Assembly: GCA_965214935.1 (NCBI GenBank)
Contig: CBDCCS010000018.1
Span: 64,001-128,000 of the forward strand
DNA: 64,000 bases
Source of the DNA: Candidatus Velthaea sp.
GTDB taxonomy: Bacteria > Vulcanimicrobiota > Vulcanimicrobiia > Vulcanimicrobiales > Vulcanimicrobiaceae
Direction of reading: 5' to 3'
Positions 1 to 7,145 of this stretch are shown one piece after another. Within the stretch, counting starts at the first letter, position 1; each line of letters starts with the position of its first letter. The position numbers and the translations under genes are program-made. The notes under the pieces are model-generated. The model saw nothing but the letters and a program-made list of their open reading frames with translations. It did no database searches and was not told where the DNA came from.

Positions 1-501
1 CTTCAAATCGACAGTTCCGTGCTCCTCAACGATGAGACTCTCCTACTCAACTCTATGGAGCTTGTAATTGATCGAGTCGCTGCGGTTCACTCTCTTTCGT
101 ACCCTCATCTCTTCGTGTATGTGATAACCAAGCCGTCTGAGCCAACCGGAATCTATGACATACCAATGCTCACAAAAGACACCGAACGATTTGGCTATTC
201 CTACGAGGAGTTTGCCGTCTTTAGGGGCCGCCACGTGACGCGAGAACACTATGATGACGGTGCGACCGTGATTGATGGTAAGCTCACTCAGTTAAAAGAC
301 GAAGCCGAACTCCGCGTACGGTACTTGACACCATACAATTTCGTTATAGCGGCACACAATTCGCCAATCAACAATGGCGCGTTCGACCGACGACGTAGAA
401 AACTCCTAGACGGAATGTTGACAGGCGACTGCAACATCGAAGAACTTGCCACTGAGATTTCTCGACTGGAGCTTAATAGGTTAATGGACTACGAATGCTG
501 A
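1..501 (+). CDS. C-terminal part of a hypothetical island protein, truncated by the window edge
   Basis: Frame is open from base 1 to TGA at 499-501; no motif I can name; low-GC region. Confidence 0.65.
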   Translation, partial: LQIDSSVLLNDETLLLNSMELVIDRVAAVHSLSYPHLFVYVITKPSEPTGIYDIPMLTKDTERFGYSYEEFAVFRGRHVTREHYDDGATVIDGKLTQLKDEAELRVRYLTPYNFVIAAHNSPINNGAFDRRRRKLLDGMLTGDCNIEELATEISRLELNRLMDYEC

Positions 502-876
502 GTCGTTCCACCAGCTTTTGAAACACGAAGAATCTCGTGTTCCGCCGAAGAGACTAGAGAAGGTCAAAGTCCCGAACGAGTACGGTACGCTAAGACCCCG
601 ATAACCTCAATGATTCCTCGCTGCTCACAAACTGGATCCCGCGGGGCAACCTCGCCCTAGAATCGCGTCGGCCCTGGTGAGAGCCTTAATGGAAAGCCGG
701 GTTTCACAAATGTTGTATGCCGGCGAACGTCCCGGCGTAAACGAGAGTCGCCCATCTACTTCGATAAAAGTCAACCGCCCAAGGTGGAGCAGCGGAGGTT
801 GGCATTTTTGCATCAGGCGATAAGGCCGAAACCGCGGTCTAACCCTCAATACCAGGCTCCCGGAAATATGGTTTTC

Positions 877-885
877 TGCTATACT
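877..885 (+). promoter_or_regulatory. Extended -10 promoter (TGcTATACT), probably giving a leaderless mRNA
   Basis: TATACT at 880-885 preceded by TG; 7 nt to the ATG at 893; no SD. Confidence 0.55.
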
Positions 886-892
886 GGGTTCA

Positions 893-1111
893 ATGAAGGA
901 GCTGGCCAAGCGATCAGCTAGGGCAACCTTCGACCTCACCCCTGAGGCCAAGCACAAACTTGCAACCATGAAGAATGATTTGCGGCTTATTGGCCTTCGA
1001 GCAACCGAGCGGAGTATTATCTTGGCTCTCATCGGATCAGCGAATATGGAGCAAGTCGCGAAAACGCTCCGGGATGAGCAAGCCCGCTCTGCTACGGCCG
1101 AGGATGCCTAA
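893..1111 (+). CDS. Small ribbon-helix-helix-like DNA-binding protein (regulator or antitoxin candidate)
   Basis: 72 aa; N-terminal RATFDL strand followed by two predicted helices; first gene of the operon. Confidence 0.55.
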   Translation: MKELAKRSARATFDLTPEAKHKLATMKNDLRLIGLRATERSIILALIGSANMEQVAKTLRDEQARSATAEDA

Positions 1112-1168
1112 TCCAGGACCATGACCGGACTGAAATCATTTGATAGCGCGTCATTTGGGGTGCAGCTC

Positions 1169-1594
1169 ATGCTCAGCTTTGTCGAGAGAACGCTGATTTT
1201 CAGCGTCAAACCGAAATACGCGGCGGACATAGCCGATGGTCGCAAGACCGTCGAACTCCGCCGGCGCTTCGCGAGCGATGGAGCGATCGGCACCTTCGTT
1301 TTGATCTACTCCTCGGCGCCAGAGAAGACGATCGTTGCGACCGCGGAGATCGCGGACGTTCACAGGCTCCCCATCGACCAGATTTGGAAGCAATACGCAG
1401 ACGACGCGGTAATCGAACGATCCGACTTTGAACGATATTTCAACGGCCTTGCTTGTGGATACGTCATCGTGTTGGACAATATCAGAAAGCTAGAAGAACC
1501 CGTTACCCGCGAAAAGCTCGAGCGCAAATTTGGATTCCGTCCTCCGCAATCTTACGGATATTTCCCCTCAAGCTACAGAGCTCTCGCCGAATAG
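1169..1594 (+). CDS. ASCH domain protein (PUA fold)
   Basis: SVKPKYA..I.DGRKTVELRR signature, LIYSSAP, C-terminal PPQSY. ATG 1169 follows GGGGTG; ATG 1121 is an alternative start. Confidence 0.88.
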   Translation: MLSFVERTLIFSVKPKYAADIADGRKTVELRRRFASDGAIGTFVLIYSSAPEKTIVATAEIADVHRLPIDQIWKQYADDAVIERSDFERYFNGLACGYVIVLDNIRKLEEPVTREKLERKFGFRPPQSYGYFPSSYRALAE

Positions 1595-3106
1595 ATGGAC
1601 ACCGGTCGATCGTTTTTGATCGACACAAACATCCTCTTTCAGCTGGAAGATGATCGGCCCGTAGCTGCCGAGTATGCTGAGATGCAGCGGAGATGTAGTA
1701 CACACGGGGTTTCTCTGTATGTACACGAGGTATCAAAGCTTGATATCGATCGCGATAAAAATGCGAGTCGCAGATCGATTAGCATGTCCAAGCTCAGCAA
1801 GTTCCAGATGCTTTGTGGTGTTGCCGCGTCGTCGCAGGTCGATCTTGACCGAACATTTGGACCGGCTAACGACGAAAACACCAAGGTTGATGTAGCATTA
1901 CTCGATGCGGTCAGGAGAGGCATCGTTGATTTTCTCGTTACGCATGATGAGGGGATTCACCGCCGCGCGCGGCGAGCCGGCATCGAAGATCGCGTCTTCC
2001 GAATTCGTGACGCGATCGATTGGCTGCTGGCGACGTACGAGCCGACCAGCGTTGTACTTCCTTACATTCGCGACGCGCACTGCTTCAATATCGCGCCGCA
2101 CGACCCGATACTCGCAACTCTACGCGAGGATTATCCGGACTTCGACCGTTGGTTCCGAACCGTCCAAAAGCGCCCATGCTGGATTTTGGAGGTAGGAGCG
2201 CAAACCGAAACAGCAGGCGTCCTCATTCGCAAAGACTCGGAGCCACGTCAAGAAACCGATGCAACCTCGCCCGGCGAGCGCATCTTAAAAATTTCAACGT
2301 TTAAGGTAAAGGAAGAGTATCGTGGTGAAAGATTCGGCGAACACCTTCTAAAGCAAGTCCTATGGTACGCGCAGAAAAATCGTTATGAAGTCGTATACGT
2401 TACCGCTTTTGAAGAGAAGCAATCTATTCTACTCGACTTGTTGCTGCAGTTCGGATTCGCGAGGACAAAATACAAGGAAACGGGCGAAGCGGTATACGAA
2501 AAAGTTATGGGGCGCGGGCCTCTAACGCAATTCGGTATACCGCTTGTTCTGGCAAAGGAGCACTACCCTCGGTTTGTTTCGGACACGCGCGTGAACACCT
2601 ACGTTATTCCAATACAGCCTCAATGGCACCGCATTCTGTTCCCTGAAAATGTTCCTCCGGAGAAGCAGATCGGACTGTTTGATGAGTCCCGAGAACGTAC
2701 CCCCGGAAACACAATTCGCAAGGTCTACCTTTGTAGAACGAAAGTGTCTAAGCTAAATCCTGGCGATATCTTACTATTCTACGTTTCAGGAACGGAAAGC
2801 TTCTCGCGCGTTATTCGTTCTGTCGGCGTCGTCGAGAAGATGCAAGAAACAAGAGACATCAACGTGCTATTGCGAATGACCGGGAGACGCAGTGTTTACA
2901 CCGAGGATCAACAGGCAGCGCTCATTGCTGAAAAGGACACACCATTAAAGGTGATCGATTTCATGCTCGCTGGCCACTTGGTAAACCCTCTCCCATTTGC
3001 ATCGTTGCTTGATCAGCAGATTCTCAATGGTTGGCCACAGTCACTCGTGAGGCTCGACTCAAAAGACGTTGATCTCTTAAACCTCCATAAGCAGTTGGGT
3101 TACTAG
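1595..3106 (+). CDS. PIN - GNAT acetyltransferase - ASCH/EVE(PUA)-like fusion protein
   Basis: PIN acidic motifs LIDTN, KVD, VTHD; GNAT motif A KISTFKVKEEYRGERFGEHLL; C-terminal IPIQPQWH, NTIRKVYL, PGDILLFY, WPQS. Confidence 0.85.
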   Translation: MDTGRSFLIDTNILFQLEDDRPVAAEYAEMQRRCSTHGVSLYVHEVSKLDIDRDKNASRRSISMSKLSKFQMLCGVAASSQVDLDRTFGPANDENTKVDVALLDAVRRGIVDFLVTHDEGIHRRARRAGIEDRVFRIRDAIDWLLATYEPTSVVLPYIRDAHCFNIAPHDPILATLREDYPDFDRWFRTVQKRPCWILEVGAQTETAGVLIRKDSEPRQETDATSPGERILKISTFKVKEEYRGERFGEHLLKQVLWYAQKNRYEVVYVTAFEEKQSILLDLLLQFGFARTKYKETGEAVYEKVMGRGPLTQFGIPLVLAKEHYPRFVSDTRVNTYVIPIQPQWHRILFPENVPPEKQIGLFDESRERTPGNTIRKVYLCRTKVSKLNPGDILLFYVSGTESFSRVIRSVGVVEKMQETRDINVLLRMTGRRSVYTEDQQAALIAEKDTPLKVIDFMLAGHLVNPLPFASLLDQQILNGWPQSLVRLDSKDVDLLNLHKQLGY

Positions 3107-3107
3107 C

Positions 3108-3671
3108 ATCAATCAGCTTGTAGCCGTATTTGGTGTTTCAGGTGTGGGTAAGACCCGGCTCATTTCCGATTTCACAACCCGACATCCGGATGTACGACGT
3201 ATTTCAGGAGGCGACTTGATCCGGGAGGGCCGTGGAGTAGCCGACGGCGATCGCGATTTGTTAGCCCGTTTGCCCAAGGACGACATCTTAGCGAACCAGG
3301 TTTTCATCACGCTCGGCTCTCAACGCCTTCGCAGCGCCGACTTTCCTGACATGCTGTTCGACGGGCACAGCGTAGTGTCGAACGGGAATGACCTCGTGCG
3401 AATTCCGACTTCGGTCATACGCGAACTCGCGCCAAAGGGGATTATCTTTGTCTCCGACGTTCCTGAAGCCATCGCGGAAAGAAGAGCGATCGACACAGCG
3501 CGCAGCCGCGCAGTAGCCGATTCAGGTCAGCTTGCGCTGGAGCAAACGATTGCATTGGAAACGGTGCGGGGCTACGCAGTCGAACTCGGCCTGCCGCTTA
3601 ACGAAGTCCGGTCGGGGGAATTTTCTAGGTTCGCCGCCGTAGTCGATGGATTCTTCAAGCTGACAATTTGA
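3108..3671 (+). CDS. Adenylate/nucleotide-kinase-like P-loop protein
   Basis: Walker A GVSGVGKT (3132-3155), LFDGH, lid-like ERRAIDTARSR. The motif begins upstream of the ORF-track start; ATC 3108 is an inferred start. Confidence 0.8.
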   Translation: MNQLVAVFGVSGVGKTRLISDFTTRHPDVRRISGGDLIREGRGVADGDRDLLARLPKDDILANQVFITLGSQRLRSADFPDMLFDGHSVVSNGNDLVRIPTSVIRELAPKGIIFVSDVPEAIAERRAIDTARSRAVADSGQLALEQTIALETVRGYAVELGLPLNEVRSGEFSRFAAVVDGFFKLTI

Positions 3672-3714
3672 ATACGTGTGTTCAGAAAATACGAGGAGAG
3701 GCAGTAGCGGTGCG

Positions 3715-4523
3715 CTACGCATGTATCGGCGGATGATACGCAAGAAAGATCCCTACGATGGCGAGAACGAAGCCAATTAAGCCAAGAATGAAAGCCCAAG
3801 TTTTGTTCGCAACGAGCCACATCCATGCTCCACGAAGGTTGCCCCCGTGAAGAACCCACCATGACGTATTCGTCACAAGCGTTCCTCGGTAGGCCCGCTC
3901 GGCGAGTGTGTGCAAGATATCGACTTTCCTAAGGGTAGACTGATGTAGAGCGACATACTCTTTGCGTTCAAACGCGCTCGCTTCATCGACGCCCATGAGA
4001 AATCGCTCCATCGTTATTGAATTTTGCGAGCTAGCGTTGCTAACTTTGGATTTTCGATATATCGCGAGCCGTAGATTTGCTGAAACAAAAGAGAAAGGTC
4101 GAGTCGTCTTGTTTCCGGGATAGTCACCGGGGCACCATCAAGTACAGCGTAGCGGTGATCGATTGCGGCAAAACCGTAGTTTGCATCGCGCATGTTCCAA
4201 TGGAGATAGGTTACCTCACCTGCGGATTTCACATATGCGTAAAACTCATCGAGCATCTGCCGCTCCAGCTCGTTGTAGTAAGGCTCGATCTGGTCAAGTG
4301 GAATATGTCTTCGTTCGGCAACACGGTGAATCGAAAACGACTCTGTGTCGCTCGATGCTAAGCGTCGAATTGCTATGGACGTGATTCGAGGAGATCGACC
4401 ATCAACTCGATCGTCAAAACTCTCACAGGAATATTGGATGACGCGCGCTGACGCTGGCGTCGAGAATACCGCCTTAAGAGCGCTACGAGCGTAGCGTTGC
4501 TGATCTGGGTACGGTGCCGGCAC
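3715..4523 (-). pseudogene. DnaQ/RNase H-like fold protein with a C-terminal TM helix, split by a 1-nt frameshift (or assembly indel)
   Basis: ORFs 4014-4523 and 3715-4011 join as ..LARKNSITMERFL.. if one A is added to the A4 run (4022-4025). Motifs YSCESF and HWNMRD..YGF; hydrophobic C-terminus. Confidence 0.6.
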
Positions 4524-4603
4524 TGCTCAGTAAGCAGCCTTCAACGGCCTCGAGTCGAACAACTTTTCAGCGTGCCGGATTTCGCGGAAGCTTTGGGGCT
4601 AAG

Positions 4604-4633
4604 CAAAAGAGCTTGCGCCTGCAAGCTCTTTTG
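4604..4633. terminator. 13-bp perfect hairpin, probable intrinsic terminator downstream of tmRNA
   Basis: CAAAAGAGCTTGC-gcct-GCAAGCTCTTTTG; the stem ends in TTTT on both strands. Confidence 0.6.
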
Positions 4634-4639
4634 GGCTCC

Positions 4640-4708
4640 TATCCCAGCGGAGATTTTGTAGACCATCGGAGATCGTCCGTTGGGATACAAAAACCGTCCG
4701 TTGGGATA
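4640..4708. repeat. Two 14-bp direct repeats and one inverted copy; candidate integrase arm-binding sites
   Basis: CGTCCGTTGGGATA at 4674-4687 and 4695-4708; inverted TATCCCAGCGGA at 4640-4651 (11/12 match to the core). Confidence 0.65.
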
Positions 4709-4719
4709 GAGCAACGAAT

Positions 4720-5193
4720 TGGTGGAGCTGTCGGGGAACTGCCCCCCGAGTCCGAAATCGCAAACCCGAGACATCACAGGCTTCCTGGATTTTGCCTTAC
4801 GGCACGCTCACCAGAATCGCGCTGCCGGTCTTACCGGCCGGGCCCCGTGTATCGCTAGAACCAAAGCGTCAGCGGGCTAACGTCCGCTACTTGTCCCGAT
4901 CGTATGGTCGTCGAGTCACCGCCGGTATGGGAGGCCTTCCGGCAAGCCCGAACCGACCAAGGTCAGTCCGTACCCGTTCTCGTCCGGCTTGCGCCGTTCG
5001 ACCTACGGGGTGGAGGGATCTTGAATGCTAAGCGGCCAGTGCCAGCTCGCGCCCTTGCGGGAACGAGGCTGCCATAATGGCGTTAAAGCGTTCGTTGGTG
5101 TTTGCATTTACATGCTTGCAGTCGTTTTGAGAGGGCCTGCAGCTCTGCCTGTCCTTCCCGACCCTACTGACCCCGTCGAGCCTATTCAGCCCC
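4720..5193 (-). ncRNA. ssrA: tmRNA, one-piece
   Basis: 5' GGGGCUG pairs with CAGCUCC-ACCA including the G3-U alanine wobble; ACAGGC/GCCUGU helix; pk1; UAAAU-GCA resume context; tag ends LALAA-stop. Confidence 0.95.
5028..5105 (-). other. tmRNA tag reading frame ANTNERFNAIMAASFPQGRELALAA*
   Basis: Resume codon GCA at 5105-5103, 25 sense codons, TAG at 5030-5028. Confidence 0.85.
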
Positions 5194-5369
5194 AAAGAAT
5201 CTACCTTGGACCACGCTGCGGGCGTGGCTGACCTCGGTGGATCGGCACGAGTCGCTAAACTCGCGCCCCTTAGTATACCCGCTTTCGCCCAAGATGGAAA
5301 GCCCTGCGGCCGCCCGGCCGATCGCAACGCTCGACGGCCGGCGGCAGCAGCACCCGGACGGTCTTGCCC

Positions 5370-6953
5370 TTACTTGTTGTTCTTCCGTAAAGGCGGCAAA
5401 GGCGCCATCGGCGACGGCAAGGGACGGGCAGGCGGCGGGTTGACGCCGTTGATGAGAATGTGCGGCGTCACGATGATGTACAAATTCGTGTTCGTCGACG
5501 AATCATGCCGAACGTGAAAGAGCCCGCCGACTATGGGTACATCGCCCAAGATCGGCAACTTGGAGACGTTACTCAGATCGTTCTGCTGCAGCAAGCCGCC
5601 GATGACGAATGAGTCGCCGTCTCTGACCGTCGCCGACGTCGATGCTTCGCGCTGACTCAACGTCGGGTTACTCTGACCGTTGCTCACGACCGATCCGGTC
5701 ACACTCGAGACTTGCGAAAAGATGTGCGATGTAACGAAGCCGTCGCTGTTAATGCGCGGCTGAATTTGCAAGCTGACGCCGACGCTGATGTATTGCACCT
5801 GCGACGTGGTGCCGTTGACACCGGCTAAGGTCACCGTGCTGATAATCGGAATTTGGTTGCCGGTCACGATCGAGGCCGATGTTCCATCGAGCGCGGTGAT
5901 ACGCGGCCGCGCGATCGTGCGGCCTTCGCCTTTGAGAATCTGCGCGTACACGGCGGCTTGCAGACCAAGCGCGGCTTGGCCGGTCGTTAAACTCTTGATT
6001 GTGTAGGTTGCGCCGTTGACGATCGGATTACCGAAATCGATGCCGATGTCTTTGGCCGCCGTGTCGGTCAATTCGACGATCTGCGTTTCGAGCTCCACGC
6101 TGGCGAGCGGGATATCGATTTTTGCGATTTTTGCTTTGTAGCGTGCAATGACGTCGGACGTGCCGGTTAAAATAATTGCATTGAGCCGGCGGTCGACGCC
6201 GATGTTGTCGTTAATTTGCTGTCCGAGCGCCGTTCCGCCGCCGCCGCCGAAGTTTTGTACTTGCGTGATTCCCTGCGTCGCGACATTACCGTTGAGGCCG
6301 CCGGCTTGACCGAAGCCGTTTGCAACGCCGGTACCGCTGGAAATACCCGCCGAGCCGAATTGCTGCTCTTGGGGTGTAAACGAGTCGTTCGAGGGAATCT
6401 GTTGACCCGACACCAGCAGCCCGACGACTTCACTTACGTCCGCGTATTTGAGTGGAACGACTTCGGTGATTTCGGTGCCGGGTGCAGCGACCGGCGGAGT
6501 CGGAACCGGGACCGGTGTCGCTTGTGGTGCTGCAAGGGCGTTGAGTTCGCCGCCCGACGATGAGATCGTGACGAGCAGCGTTTGTCCCGGACCCGGTCCG
6601 ACCGTTGCATTGGCGGGTGCCGACTCGTGAAACGTAACTTGCAGACTTTCGCCCAAAGCATCGACGGAGATCGATTTGAGCGGATCGCGACCGATGACGG
6701 TCGTCGGCGCATTGACACCGCGCGTCGAGCTTTGTAGAAGGAGCGTAACGTCGGTCGTGCCGTTGCCGAAGATTTTGAAATTCGGTAGACCGTTTGCGAA
6801 AGCGAGAATGACGCGCGGGTTACGGCCGGTGCTTGCATCGATACGAATTCCGTTCAGCGTGGCAGCCTCGGCCGGCTTCGCTCCGAAGGCAAGCGCTGAT
6901 ACGGCGAACATACACGCTGACGCGAGGACAGTGCGGATACGATGCGGTTTTAC
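5370..6953 (-). CDS. Secretin (GspD/PilQ family)
   Basis: PLKYADV N3 motif, VDRRLNAIIL, C-terminal SFVIGGLL..KLPILGDVPIVGGLF..LYIIVTPHI; signal peptide. Start uncertain (6953 GTA, 7040 ATG, 6911 ATG). Confidence 0.9.
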   Translation of the reverse strand, partial: VKPHRIRTVLASACMFAVSALAFGAKPAEAATLNGIRIDASTGRNPRVILAFANGLPNFKIFGNGTTDVTLLLQSSTRGVNAPTTVIGRDPLKSISVDALGESLQVTFHESAPANATVGPGPGQTLLVTISSSGGELNALAAPQATPVPVPTPPVAAPGTEITEVVPLKYADVSEVVGLLVSGQQIPSNDSFTPQEQQFGSAGISSGTGVANGFGQAGGLNGNVATQGITQVQNFGGGGGTALGQQINDNIGVDRRLNAIILTGTSDVIARYKAKIAKIDIPLASVELETQIVELTDTAAKDIGIDFGNPIVNGATYTIKSLTTGQAALGLQAAVYAQILKGEGRTIARPRITALDGTSASIVTGNQIPIISTVTLAGVNGTTSQVQYISVGVSLQIQPRINSDGFVTSHIFSQVSSVTGSVVSNGQSNPTLSQREASTSATVRDGDSFVIGGLLQQNDLSNVSKLPILGDVPIVGGLFHVRHDSSTNTNLYIIVTPHILINGVNPPPARPLPSPMAPLPPLRKNNK

Positions 6954-7091
6954 AGTGAAATCTCCATGCGAGCCGGGTTCCCTTTCGCTCGGTTCAACGC
7001 CGACCTTCTGCGAATTGCGGTGCTCTAATCGCGGCTTCATGCGTGTATCATCGGCTCGGCGGCTATTGAAAAAGCACCGAGCTCCCGGCAT

Positions 7092-7121
7092 AAAAACCCC
7101 GACCGTCAAACGATCGGGGTT
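7092..7121 (-). terminator. Intrinsic terminator of pnp
   Basis: CCCCGATCGT-TTG-ACGGTCGGGG hairpin followed by TTTTT on the minus strand, just after the pnp stop. Confidence 0.8.
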
Positions 7122-7145
7122 GTGAAACGGATGTCGTCTGCGGCG

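Larger units (their letters stand above)
1..4719. mobile_element. One end of a probable genomic island integrated at the tmRNA 3' end; integrase not in window
   Basis: Visibly lower GC than flanking DNA, defence-like cargo, boundary directly after the tmRNA CCA, short repeats at the junction. Confidence 0.7.

Noticed and set aside
1592..1597. TAG read-through fusing ASCH to PIN-GNAT
   Set aside because: In frame, but an ATG follows immediately, so ordinary coupling suffices.
4010..4030. Programmed ribosomal frameshift
   Set aside because: No slippery heptamer or stimulatory structure seen; a homopolymer indel is simpler.
4674..4708. Direct repeats as a CRISPR array
   Set aside because: Only two 14-bp copies with a 7-bp spacer, and no cas genes.
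4720..4800. A tRNA gene
   Set aside because: The CCA end pairs with GGGGCUG about 470 nt away and encloses a tag frame; it is tmRNA.
4514..5517. ORF-track ORFs overlapping ssrA
   Set aside because: Shadows of the RNA gene; only the last 25 codons of 5028-5327 (the tag) are meaningful.
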